Shown here: positions 13,834 to 27,300 of the stretch, piece after piece
Position numbering within the stretch: the first letter of the stretch is position 1
Layout: the number at the start of each line of letters is the position of its first letter
Assembly (NCBI GenBank): GCA_965287045.1
Contig: OZ336872.1
Location: forward strand, 21,576,001 to 21,640,000
DNA length: 64,000 nt
From: Carcharhinus amblyrhynchos
Lineage: Eukaryota
Direction: 5' to 3'
The notes under the pieces: generated by a model
Told to the model about the DNA's origin: nothing
Database searches by the model: none
Seen by the model: the letters and a program-made list of their open reading frames with translations, nothing else
Position numbers and translations under genes: made by a program

Positions 13834-13914
13834 CATTCTAAATGGAATGGAATGCAAGGAATGTAGACTACTTCAGTTAAGCTCTAAAGCTAAGAACTGT
13901 AAGTAGTAGGAATG
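13834..13914. promoter_or_regulatory. Candidate intronic enhancer with clustered TEAD (M-CAT) motifs
   Basis: GGAATG at 13844, 13849, 13858 and 13909, and CATTCT at 13834. Includes GGAATG-caa-GGAATG. Confidence 0.45.
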
Positions 13915-14429
13915 CATACTGCCTCTGCCTACAATGTGCTGGTGATCATTTTGTCTAGTCAGGAATAAGTGAAATCTTTCAACTCAATGCCATTCACGGT
14001 CATGGGAACAGAGAAATAAAAATATCTTGAAAGCTTTTCCTGCACTACACACAAATATAGGCACACATATGAGTATGCATTTCCACTTAAATATGCACAC
14101 ACATTAACTGATAAAATCACTGTTCTCATTATCTTGTATGAATAGCATAATTTTCACACGATGACTGTTTTCTAGCAACATAAATTTTAATGAGATGTTG
14201 CCCAAACTCTGGGAACATTTTGGTATTTTCCACGTATCAAAACTAGAGTGGTATGGCACATCTAAAGTCAGAAATATTAGCCTACACCACTTGAGCTGTT
14301 TTCCAACGTTTACCACTTGATTAATTGAAAACATTTTATGCATTTTCCAAACCCTTTGGTTTTTATTTTCCTCCTCAATTCAGCATTTCATGCACAATAC
14401 CATCTCTAACAAAAGCATTCTGCAAAGAC

Positions 14430-15430
14430 TGAGAAGGAGCATCTTAAAGCAGGTCATGGGTAGGAATTCCAATGCTTAGAGACTTGATGGATGAAAGCAT
14501 GGAGCAAGGAGAGTGAGATGTGCACAAGAAACCAGAATTGGAGAAATGTGCTTTAGAAAGGTTTTTTGGTCAGAGGTTACAAAAGTAAGTAAGAGTGAGG
14601 TACGGAAACCATTTTCAAATGAAGGCATTGGTAGACTGTGAGGGGTGATGATAAGCAGAACTTGGTGCGGGTTACAATACGTGCTGCAGTGTTTTGCTGA
14701 GTTCACAATTATGAAGAGTGGAAGCTGGGGAAATAGCGAGGAGGATATTGGAATAATGAAGTCCGAGGGTAACAAGTTTAGGATCAGAGTTTTAGCCAAA
14801 CTGTCAATGAGCAGCAAATAGAAGAGAAATAGTAGGGTACAAGAAGATAATCCATTGCAAAGTATATCTGGCAATGACTAGCTAACTGGACAATTGAGAG
14901 AACCGTGGTCAAATGCGAGAAAGACTGCAGACAGGTAAAGATGGATGAGGAGGTTCAGTACATTATAGCTACAGACAGACAGAGATCATCACTTTCCACT
15001 CTGCTTAGGACTGTTTCATTGCTTTGGTAGGGATGGATTTCTGATTCCAATGTGGAGCTATCTGCATGTTCAAGCATAAGTGGAATGGGAACCACTTACA
15101 GTGCTAGCTCATGGAGAGCAGGAAGATAAATTGGAATAGGATTCAGAAAGCAGGAGATGAATCTCACAAACAAGGTGAGCTTGGAGACAAGCAAGAAACT
15201 GCAGAAAGATGGGAATTCTGCATTAAGGCACAGGGAGGATTCTTGATCTTGTGAGCAATGGGAGGGGAGGAATGTGACAAGCTGAATGAATGGTCTCACT
15301 CTTTGTGATAAAGTAGTTTATGAGCTCCTTGGACTTCTTGTTAGAGAGAGTTCATGGAAACAGTAGTGGAGAGAAGAAACCTGGAGTTATTTTTGCATTC
15401 TAGGATGATACTGAAGTGAACAATTCTGGG
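14430..15430 (-). mobile_element. Highly degenerate L2 LINE fragments
   Basis: Purine-rich on the + strand with similarity to the 10870-11480 and 59400-60620 segments. Confidence 0.45.
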
Positions 15431-17452
15431 AAGAAAACAGCAGCCCATAGTGCTGATTTGCTCTAGCCAGATTGGACTGTGAAAGCTTAATCTGTATATT
15501 TGCAAGGCTGCATCCTTAGCTCGGGGGTATTTTCTTTTAAAAAAAGAACCAGAAGTGTTTCTGGAAATCTAGGCATTCTTATCCCAATGGCAATGTCCAT
15601 AGCCAGTATTTTAAAAACATTACAAATCTGAACTTTTTAAGTTTCTTCAAAACAAATGTCTACAACATCATTTCAAGCAATTTTACAGAAGCACTTCCAT
15701 AAAACTAGGAGACATTTTCTCCACCCCGCACATTTGCAGTAAGAATATATTTTAGGCTTACAGAACCAATTTACAATAACTATAACATTTCATAAATTGG
15801 CTTACACCAGACAATGAATAACTTTTTTTGCCCTGTAGCGATGAAATTTTAGGGTTCTGTTCAGGTTCACTATTCTTCTTGTTTATATTAGGTCTCAAAT
15901 TTGACTACTGACCCAAATTACAGACAGAGCTCAAACACTCATCTGCAGTGAAGTTAAAAACTTTATGGTGAAATGTTACAGTGAAAGACAGCATAATGGT
16001 AGGGGTAACTGGTTTATGGAGGCTCACACAGCAGGTGAAAGGCCAAAATTGTGAACACAATTCAGGAAACAAAGAGATGCAAATAATAACAAAAAAGGAA
16101 TGAATGTTCAAACTTTTGTTGGCTCTGATCACATTTTTTTTTCTCAAAACAAGATCTGCTCAAAAGGAACTGACCACCAGTCAATGTTTACATATTAAAT
16201 CAAAGATCTGACTGCAAAAATGTACATTATGAAGGCACATGCTAATGTCTCTTGGTGTATTTTTAGACTGCTCAGGTTGATTTTACCAGAGCTGGGGATA
16301 ATTGGACTCAAATTAAATTTGTCACTGACACGGCTCAGACTATGATCACAATATGAACTACTTAAAAGGCATGAGAAAATGGTTATGATTAGACACATTT
16401 TTGGCAGAGAAATTATTACAATGGTGAATGTTTAAACATCTGTGATGCAAGTATAAAAAGGATATTTGGGGGGTATTTTTACATGTAACCATCAATTCTT
16501 CCCTCCACCACCCCAACTGATATTCAGATGGTAATAAACCATGAGTCCCCCCCCGCCAACCCCTAGGTTACATCACAAACTAAAGTCACTGGTTAGTATT
16601 TATTTTGAAACCACATGATCTTAAAAGGATATTTTGATTCAATCAATACTTTTACATTATTCCATCTGCAGTAGAATTCCTGCCCAAATACTTGTAAAGT
16701 CAATCAACATGACAACCAAATATACCAGCTACCTAGTTGTGGTGTTCTGGCCACAGTGAAGACCACATTTTTCCTTTGCCTCCCATACCACCATTGGGTA
16801 CCAGCTTTGCTAGGTTATCTTGCACATATAGCTCAACATGTCGATATATCAGTATCAAAATTCAAAGCAGCAACATGACGCAAGTTCCATGATGAACGGG
16901 GCTGGCTCAATGCCTGTTTCTAGTGCCAATTTCTTTTTAAAAATAGATTGTTTTGCTCATTCAGGGAAGAGGAATCTACAATCTGCTACCTCCACTCTCC
17001 AGAGATCAGCACAAAGCAGCAGACAGAACCTAGGACATTCCTCATCTGAATGGCTCAGCTTACATCTTAATAGAAGCTCTCGGGATTGCAATTTACGTTC
17101 TGTTCACATTTCTTCTATCACTGAAGCACAATCAGTTCTCTATGAGACACCCTACATGACACACACTTTTTTGAGAAGGAAGAGAAGAGTTTGCAACAGA
17201 CAAAACTATACCAACTTTGAGTGTGCACCACAACCTAATCAACAATAGTAGACTTCATGTACAAGGAATTCCTTCAGTTGCATCTAGAAGAATGCAAATA
17301 CCTATTTGTATATTTTCTGCCCCTTATCACAAGTTATCTTGTAGTCACTTCCCTTGCAGCCCCAAACCATGAGGGAGAATAGGCAGACAGACTATTACAA
17401 GGCCATTCCCAATTCCTGAAGTTAGTCCAAACCAATTGCATGCAAGTTACAA

Positions 17453-17540
17453 AAGAAACTAGAAGCAGGAGTAGGCCATTCGGTCCTTATAGCCTGCTCC
17501 ACCATTCATTTTAATCATGGCTGATCAGCAAATTCAATTT
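17453..17540 (-). mobile_element. CR1 3' tail fragment
   Basis: aagaaactagaagcaggagtaggccattcggtcc..cctgctcc.accattca..atcatggctgatc. Confidence 0.75.
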
Positions 17541-17667
17541 CCAGTTGCAGTAATTTTCCTATCTAATAACTGTGAACCTGCTATCGGTGGCACCCTCAAA
17601 CCCACACGCTCTCATCTCATGCTATCCTTTTCATTACTTTTCTTGAAACATTAACAAAAGAAGCATT

Positions 17668-18076
17668 AGACTGGGACTTTTTCCTCTGGAGAGTAGAAGG
17701 CTGTGGGATGATCTTATGGAGGTCTATAAAATAATGAGGGACACAGATCAGCTAGATAGTCAATATCTTTTCCCAAAGGTAAAGGAGTCTAAAACTAGAG
17801 GACATAGGTTTAAGGTGAGAGGGAAGCAATACAAAAGTGCCCAGAAGGGCAATTTTTTCAGACAGAGGATGGTAAGTGTCTGGAACAAGCTGCCAGAGGT
17901 GTAGTAGAGGTGGGTACAATTTTGTCTTTTAAAAAACATTTAGACAGTTACATGGGTATAGAGGGATATGGGCCAAACGCAGGCAACTGGGATTAGCTTA
18001 GGGGTTTTAAAAAAAGGCCGCATGGACAAGTTGGGCCGAAGGGCCTGCTTCCATGCTGTAAACCTCTATGACTCTA
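17668..18076 (+). mobile_element. CR1 LINE 3' end
   Basis: ORF 17716..17904 EVYKIMR..LFP..ESKTRGHRFKVRG..WNKLPEV is the CR1 ORF2 C-terminus. Tail ctctatgactcta. Confidence 0.92.
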
Positions 18077-21000
18077 ATTAAGAGGTTGTTACTCGGTACA
18101 CACAGGAAAAAAAGAATCTTTGTTTTTCTCTACCTCAATCTCATGGAAAGGATGCATTGCCAAGGGCATCAGGAGCCTCTCATTAGAAGGTACAGTGACA
18201 GCAGGATGTCACAAGCAAGACCAACGATGTCTCCACACAAATACCTTCCAGCAAAGGTGGATATAATGAATTCCACCAACATCATCATGCATGAGCACCC
18301 CCTCCCCCACACCCAAACCAAAAAGAGTTAACCAAAAACAATTATGTGCCACTGCTGCCACCCAACTGATTATCTGCTTGCTGACTCAGTGCACATTAGG
18401 GATTAATAACAAGACTGTCCAGATCTGTATGGCTCACTTCCACTCTGGGTTGTATGCACAATCAGCTAAACAATTGGAAGAGCTCATCCCAGGCACTCTC
18501 CACAGAACTAAATAGACGTAGAAATAAAGTGGATAAAGTATCTGGATAATTCCCCAGAATTAGAGGAAATTGGCTGTCCTATTGAAAACTTGTAAATTTC
18601 CCATTAAGGAATTTTAGCTGTTGCATTTCCAAAAATCAAGAATGCTTCAATATTCATTACAATTTGATGACAAGAGCACAATGAATGGCTTTGTTCACAA
18701 AAAAACATACATATTAAAATGAGTTCTATACTTGTCTAGTAAACAGTGGTACAGTACTTACACCTATATTGTGAAGTGAAACTGAGATTTGGCGAAAGCA
18801 GCATCAGTATCCGCAGGATAAAAAGTACAATTAATTTTTACGTCTAATTCATGTTATTCTTCTACAAACCTTCACCTATTGTGGCTTAGAGGAAGGGCTC
18901 ATTCAGGGACTAGATACCAGAGGCTCACTGTGGCCACCTGTGGAACTGTTATGCAGCAGCCATTATTTGACTTAGTAACTGTCGGGGCCATCAAATCATA
19001 GTGAATGTCCACAAAACATGTAATTTCACCAGGGCTTACTGGTGTAGCCACCTGGAGTGGTAACCAAAGCTGATTTTTATTTTAACCCCCATGTTTAGCT
19101 CCCAAACACTAATGCCAATTGAGCTCTATTTAGCTTGAGAGACACAATTTCAACACAGATCAGGAATGAGACTAATTCTAATTTGAATGATGTAGTGCTA
19201 TGCAACTGTGCTTCAGCACTTACTATGTATAGGATGCACTGCTGTAACTCCACTAAGCCAAGGAAACTAAGATTTTCACTAATTAACTTCTTAACCAACA
19301 GTGAAACTGTTTCAACGTCATACAAGGATATAGTTGGCTTCCCTGGCCTATCCCTGGACTGAAAGGCCTCACACTCTAACCAGATACATAAATAATTGAG
19401 GCACTAGTAAACTTCAGAAATTAGCAAGATTCCTGGAGAATGAGCCAGGAATTAACAGTCAGGTGGTGGTGGCGGTTGTTGTTGTTGGGGGTGGAAGAAA
19501 GATTCAAGATCAGATCAAGTAGGTTCAAAAGCAGAACAAAATTAAGTCTTATCACATAATGCCACTTAAAAAACCCTGAATGCTTTTTTTCCTCTGCATA
19601 AACGAGCATTTAAACTCATGTGTGGAAAATTCCATTCATTGGCTAATGGGGGGACTACATTCTGACAGTGAACTACAGAGAGGAGAACAACTCTTCAGCT
19701 TTCTCCATTTTCTTGAACCCAGTTCAGATTCTATTAAATGCATCATTTAGGACAATTAATATACAAACAATAATTTTAGGTACATAAAAGCTAGTTTAGA
19801 TGCATAAAAACTATTTTGTTCTCCAGCGTACTTGCCTGTTAACCAAGCAAAACCTGAAATATATTTTTCTCATGCTAACTTTCCCATACAGAAATCCTTA
19901 GGAATTGGTGGGGGTGGTGAAGGTGGCAGGGAGTTGCGGGGGGTTTTGTACAAGTGTAATCCATCTAACACTCAAAAGTTGTAAGGAAACATTGCATGAT
20001 TTTTTAATTTTGCTCTCTGAATACAGGTGATGTTAAAATCGTTCATCAATTATCCCTTCTTGGGACAGAGGGTTTCTCCTTAAAATGCTCCAGTTCATGA
20101 GATGCTGCTTTGCATTAGTGTTAGGAGGTAAGTCCAGGATTTGTAGCAAGCACAGATGAAGGAATAGCAGTACATAGCCAAATGATAATACTGTGAGACA
20201 TGAAGTGGCACTTAGAGGTGATCCCATAGCATTGTCTAATCAGGATGAGATTAAAGGGTTGGGACATGCTGTCAAAGTAAGCTGGGTAAAGCAGTGCACC
20301 CTATAGATGGTAGATGTTACAACATAGTCTACTAGAGGTAGAAAAGGTGAACAGAGTGCAGTGCAGATCAAGCTCTGAAATACAAAAGAGAAACTGTGCA
20401 ACGTGTATAAAGAATCACAACGCTGCAGACTAACCATGGGGAGGGAATGACTGCTATTCAAAACAAAATGAAAGGGAATCAGGAATCCATGACGCAATGC
20501 CATGTGACAGGCTGGGGAGGCAAGGATTAAATTATACAGTAGGGGTATAATGCAATGTGTGACAAGCTGAGGAAGGACTCATGGTGTGTGTAAAGCCATG
20601 TTTCAAACTGGGAGGAGGAGTATGGCATACAAGTATGCACAAAGTATTTGAGAAAGACAGAGCAGAAATAAACCAGATAACAGTAGATAAACAGAGATTT
20701 CAGAGGACAATATATTTCATATCCATCTCCACCTCCCCACCCAACCACTGCAAAAAAGGTATTAGAAAATGTTGTTTTTTCACTGGAAAATTAAAATGAT
20801 AACCTTGGGGATAACAATTTTGACAGCTGGAGTTTGAATAGACTAGACACGTTTGTGTTAGATAATGATGGACAGTGCTTTGTGCGCAGACAGTATTTGG
20901 GCAAGTACACTATTTAGTCAATAGCTTTTTTTAATCCCCAAGCCATTTTCCTGCTAAAAACTTTACTTAGTAAAATCAGCAGAAGGACCCAAGTAAAGAT

Positions 21001-21180
21001 GTGTGCAGATACTAGAGTTCAAAGGACAGGCTTTACTAAAAATGTGAATCCTAGTTGTTGCTGAATCTGCTCTTCATTCAGGATTAATCCATTCCAATCA
21101 GTTCCATCTTCTGTAACTGACGTAGCAAAAGAACTCTTAGTTTTCAGCACATGGAATGCTTCTAGTCAAGAAATACTTAC

Positions 21181-21367
21181 ACTTGAACATATAACCTGCT
21201 TGCTTTAGAGGCATGTTCATTCTCACTTTCCATATCATCACCTCCCTGGTCCCCACTGTACTTCCTCTTGTTGGGGCTGATGGGTGGAGGTCCTGTGCGA
21301 TGGTTGGTAAGCGCAGAGGACACTGGGATTGACTGCATCCTACCGTCACTCCTTAGTGCAGCTTCAC
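21181..21367 (-). CDS. VGLL4: VGLL4-family coding exon 2 (G-EAALRSDGRMQSIPVSSALTNHRTGPPPISPNKRKYSGDQGGDDMESENEHASKASRLYVQ-V)
   Basis: Read manually; this frame is not in the ORF track. Acceptor ccatag|G, donor GT|gtaagt, 187 nt, phase 1 to phase 2, fitting both neighbours. Matches VGLL4 EAALRGEPRMQ...HRTGPPPISPSKRK. Confidence 0.95.
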
Positions 21368-24300
21368 CTATGGATTAAATGTTTAACAAAATTATTCTCT
21401 CAAACATCATCCTTCCTATCGCAGGTTGCAAATACCATCTAACTGTGAGAAGACCACGTAAAAAAATGCTGCACATTAAAGACTTCAGTCAAGTACATTA
21501 ATTTTGTTCAATGTCTTTGTATTCACACTCTTAAAAGGTATAAGTGTAACCAAACTCTCCATTTTGCTTAAAATTTGCTACTTTGCTTTACTGCAATGAA
21601 ATATATAACTCGTGCTGCTGTGGGAAATGTTGTTTTTCTTTCCGCACAGTAAGGGCTGTGGCAGAGGGAAAAACAGCTTGCCAAACTAAACTTTACAAGT
21701 TTATTGGACACAGTTAATGTTCTACAGTATATATACGTAGGCATAAAAACCAAACTCCAAGCAAGCTCACACGCCCTGCCTACATGGGAAAAATAAGAGC
21801 ATGTACCAAATCTGCGACAAGGCCCACACCTCTTCCTCAAGCTACAAAAAACAAAAAAAAAGAGCTGAACATTCAAGAGATTTATTGTTGATAGTTTTCC
21901 CCATTGCATTCAGTGAGGGGAAACCACAGCGCAGTTCACCAAACAAATGTCCTATTTTACTGGCTGGGCTGTCTCCTCCAGTCTAACCACACTCCATGGC
22001 AACCAAAATGACATCATAATTTTGGCAAGAAACACTCCGATAAAGCTAGACCTTTTTTTAATGCTTCAGCAGCAGTTTGAATACATTTAATTTAGTTTTT
22101 GTCTTCTAGACCCAGATACTACACATTCCACATGCAGGATATTCATGTGACTTTTTACGAGTCATCAGTCTCATTACCAGGCAACATTTTGATGCATTTC
22201 CAGTTTTTCCTTCCTGACTGCTTATTCATTTGAGGCAGAAAAATTCAATTATATGTATTCCCTTGCCCAGCTGAACAGCTATGTATAGAATTTCCACCCC
22301 TCCTCCCCATGGAACTTTAACCTGATGTTTGCCAAGTTACTTTTGCTCCCTAGGAAGGAAGCTCTCCCCCCCCCCGCCAACACATGTGAAAAAGCTACAA
22401 AAAAAAATGTGCCAGACAGGGTCCATCAAAAGCATTAACTGAACATAAAATGGGACCTGTTGAAACTTCAGAAGCAAAATGGAGATGCTATAATCAGGTT
22501 ACAGAGCTTAAATCAAGGGAATCAGATGTTTGCATGAGGTATGATAATCCCAAAATGGGTACCAAAAATTTAAAGGCACAAAAACCTAGGCAATGCATTA
22601 CACTAAATGGGAACCAACAGCACTGCTCTTTCAACATTCAATATATTAGCACAGAGGTGCCCAAACAATAATGTTTCTGGACATCATTAAGCCTCCAAGG
22701 GTAGATATCCAGTTTAAATCACGTTAATAGTCACACATCTTGAGTTGTGGAAACTTAAGAAATCCCCAAGTGTTCCAACTGACAACTTATCCAACTAATG
22801 AAGCAACCACTGAACCAACTGAACATTCCAACCTTCAAGATAAAGACATTAAAACAAATATAAAAAGTGCAAACTGGATTTCACAGATTACCACAGGTGA
22901 CATCCCTGCATTAACAGATCAACAGCACTAGCAACTCCTAGCAACTACAAACACACATGTACAAGGTATCAATTACAGCAATAATTTGATTTACTAAAAT
23001 CTTGGTTCAGTGCAAGTTACCTTCAACTAACCATACAAAGCAAAATGCATGTTTCTGAATGCAAGGCATTTTTAAGTCCATGACAACACATTTTTTTCCT
23101 GAGCATGCTGCTTCTTCCACTGCCACATTTTATGCATTTACAATAATTTATGTTTTTTCAAAACCTATTTTTAATAACTACTGCACATTTGCACATCCTC
23201 AGCTGCAGCCAATATTTTGGCTGTGTTCAGCAGGAAAAAGGAAAGAAGGGTGGGGGGGAGGCGTAGAAAGGAACTGTCAGCATTCTCAGTCAGCTCCATA
23301 TGATTTAATCTGGGCAGACCACAGTTACTGTGATAGCCTTCAAAAGATACCACAGCAAGCAATGGAAAAATATAATTGCAAAGCACACCAGATGTCCTAA
23401 GACAAATATGTCCAGGGATCTGTACAGAAGCAATGTATGCATAAGACTCACCTCTATACAACTAAGAAATTGTATCATATTTTAATATGTATATAGAATA
23501 ATTTGCCTCAGGACTATTTATATTTGCAGCTGCTAAGTTCTGTGTCCTGATCCATTTTCCTGCGTGGGAACCACTCCACCAGTCACACTGCCACATAAAA
23601 AGGAACAGTGTCTCTGGGTACAATTATTTTAAAAATAGAAAACCCGTAAAACATTTATTGAAATACGATGATGTATGGCAATGATTATTAACTAGTGAAG
23701 CTAACATTACCATCAGATAAAATTATCCAGTGTTTAGATAAACATTAAATTGCGAAAAAAAAAGTTGAGAGTTTTTGCATTTCAAAACCAAAAAGCTGAT
23801 GTCTTTGTTGCAGGGCTGGGCTTTAAAACTGAAAAAAAAAACCCTGAAATATTCAAAACAGCTGAAAATGTGACTACAAAATTGGGGGATGTCTACATAA
23901 TTAACAAGAGTTTTTTTAATGCATTCAAAACGAATAGAAGAAAATGCCTTTGTCAAAGGGTTAAGGCTTTTTATATTCAAAATAACTGAAAATGACAACA
24001 AAATTAGGGGATGTTTACATAGTCAATTAAGGATTATTTATGTACAAACAACACAAATATGGTTGGTGTTTTGGACTCTCAGTTCAGCTAGATCTTGCTT
24101 TCAACACAACCTTAAATTTTTTTGATGTGTGCTGGCCAATTTTAGATTAAGATTGACCATCTGGCTACTTCAATTTTTTGCCACAATTATGGAGGCAAGA
24201 CTGCTGAACTTGATTTTAATCACATTCTTAAGCAATTGCTTGATGTAACAGCACACTTAACTGTGAATTCTGGCCCAGCTGCCAAAGAACAGTGTAATAT

Positions 24301-27300
24301 CTGCATTTGGTCTCAAATCAAAATATAATGAGAAATTGTTCTCATGCAAAACAGATGGAAATTATACAGGCTTATGCATGAGTAAATTTTCGGTTTTAAT
24401 TTCAGTTGTAGTTTAACAAAGCTCACTGTTGTTTGCACAACCAGTCTTTTTGTCTTTTTCTATTTCTACCCTGCCTCTCGCTACTCCATTTAAATTTGTT
24501 CCAGGTTTGTTGGAACTGAAAAACACAGCTCAGATCACTGCCGATAGCACCAAAAATGACCTCCTTGTTTATCCCTTTGCAGGGAGATGAAGCAGCAAAC
24601 ATAAAGATGTCAAGTCAGTTTGCATAAAGTTGCAGATCAGGTTTTCCAGAACAGGACCCCTCTGGCTTAAGTGGATTTTGCTTCCCGCCAAAATAATGTG
24701 CAGTAAACAAAAGATAAAAATGTGTTTAAGACAGTATCCAACCAAAAATGGCTTACATGAGAATTATACCTTGTTGCATAAATGTACTAATAACAATGCC
24801 AAAGACGAAAGGAGAAGACCTGCATTTACAAAAGTATTATTTATAAACGCAGGATAATCCAGACTTCTTTTTCAGCCAATGAAGTACTTTTGAAATGTAG
24901 TCACCATCATAATGGAGGAATAATGAAAGTCAATTTGTACATAAGCACAATTAAATAAGTGATCAGATAGTCATTTTATCTGGATGCTTCACATTTCACC
25001 CCTATGTAGGCCTTTTATCAAGGTACCTTAATATGCCTAAACTTCAGTTAGTTTGATGCAAGTGTAAAGTGAAAGCTTATCTGGATTCAGATTCACATTC
25101 TACTCATTAAATCACAAGCTGCAATTCAGAGCTGGCATTCAAAAAAATAATGCCGCTAGGATTTTAGCAACCTTAAAAGAAATGTAGTGACTTAATCTTG
25201 ACAGAAAGTGAAACTGAACTTTAGTCTGACTTCCTCCTCCTTCACCCGCCCTCTTCCCCCCACGCCCCCCAAACAAAACAGCATTCTCTCACTTTGTACA
25301 CATCCAAGCCATTACTACATCACTGGGTAGGAGAGTTAACATAAACTTAGTGCATATGATTAGGATCTCAGTTAAGCAACAATGAAAACTTGGGATTGAC
25401 ACTGGGGTAAACATAATGCAACAAGCTTGACTAAAGGTTGCATTTCAGAATGTAAAACTATAAATGCAATTTATTTTAAATTCCAAAACAATTTATAATA
25501 TAATTGTTTATAGCATTATAGTATATACAAGACTTTCAATTACAGATGTTTCTGTACTTTTGGCCATCCTTCCCTTTTAAAATGGAATCCTTCTCACCCT
25601 TCCTCCACCGCTCTGGAATACTCTCACTACATCATTATTCAGCCAACTCCTTTCTGTCTGTCATCAGACAAGGTTTTTTTTTTAAACATATGTGTTTCAA
25701 CATCCATTTTGAAGCACAATCACTCGTGTAAATCAGAAGTACTATCTCTTAAGCCAATCAATTATTGCATCAGTAAAGTATTAATTATTCTTCTGTTCAA
25801 TGAGCCAGCACTTGAGCTCTAGTTCTGTTCCAAGTTCAGGAAATACCCAAAGGTCAGCTGCTAAAATTCACTGTTTATTGTTTGGTTTCTACATCCTAGT
25901 AACCGCAGTTCAAGGCCAAGAAGAGATACAGAAGGACTGTGGATCACAAAAGGATACCTCCTGTTGTTTTAGCCATCTGGACACTCAAACTAAACAAATG
26001 AAAAATCACTACCGAGGGAATCTAGCCCCATCACAGGGAGTGACATCGCTGCATTACTTTCCAGAGTAGAATTAGCAGCAAGTAAAGGATTAACTAATCT
26101 ACTACTGTACACATAATACTTGAGCTATCTTCACTCGATGCAATGAGTTCAACAAACATTATTTTCACAGAAAAAATAAGATGCAGATGTTGAAGCTCAA
26201 AATTCATCAAGTATCAAGTGTCAGTCATTTGACACTGTGCATCAGAGTAGGCAGCTGGTACAGGATGGTTCTGCTACATAGCCTTTTCACCCCAGTGCTG
26301 CTGGTTCAGCTTTTGTAATGGACTTTTGAATGCCTGCGTTCTCAGTACACACCACACTAAATTGCAAACATTAGAGTTAAAACAGGCACCAAAAATTCAC
26401 AGAAATTCAGGTCAATTATGATTCTTTTCCTGGGCCCCCAATTCTGGGGCTCACCCATCTTTGATTAATAAATCAAAATGAACTCAAATCTATATTAAAT
26501 TATCATGCCCCACAACTAACTTTTCATTTTTTTTCAAACGTGCAATGGTGAAAACTTCAACTGACCATTGAGAACCCAAAGCATTCAAATGGTCTGAACA
26601 TAAAATTGTTTTTATCTTTTCCCTACTAACTCAGGAGCTAGGCAACAGTATATAGACAGTTATATATGAAATATCGTTGCAAGAATCAGTGTGAATTTTA
26701 ATAAATCACAAGATACAGGTTAAATTCAATATATTTGCTCATTCCCTCATCTCTGCAGGTCTCCAATTGAAATAATGTATTCAAAACAAAACATGAAGGT
26801 AGCTGGCATAATCACAATTTTAATGAGGAACGAGCTCAATACAAAAACACTTGGGAGCAGCAGTGAATGTAGGGATTGATAAAGCATATGTATATTTTTA
26901 AACATTGGTGCCCAAAATGCAATTAAAATTGGAAATCAATATTACAAATGACTTTTTCCCCTGTTAAAGTGGCGAGCAAAAATAAGCCAACGCATGTATG
27001 ATTTTTTATGCCAATTATGTGAGGACCAACCCAAGTGACCTCTGGCAGTGCCATTCATGTGGCTGAATTACTGTTTGCTGAACAGGATTGCTTCCAGGTC
27101 ACAACAGCTGCTAACACAGAGGCAGCCAGTGAAGAGAAAAGTGGAACCATACATTCTGTAATGTCAAGAAAAGATTAAGAATAAAATCTGTGTATTATGA
27201 ATGCTTGATTCCCACCATTAAAAGTTTGCTTTAGTCTTTGATCATTATTCAAACATACAGTCAAGAGTTCCCAGGAGTCTGCAACAGCAAGTTGCCAAAC

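Noticed and set aside
16838-17248. 136-aa + strand ORF in intron 2
   Set aside because: No recognisable domain, splice structure or homology; consistent with chance.
21137-21349. 70-aa minus-strand ORF overlapping exon 2
   Set aside because: Wrong frame. The VGLL4 frame is a different one, bounded by splice sites.
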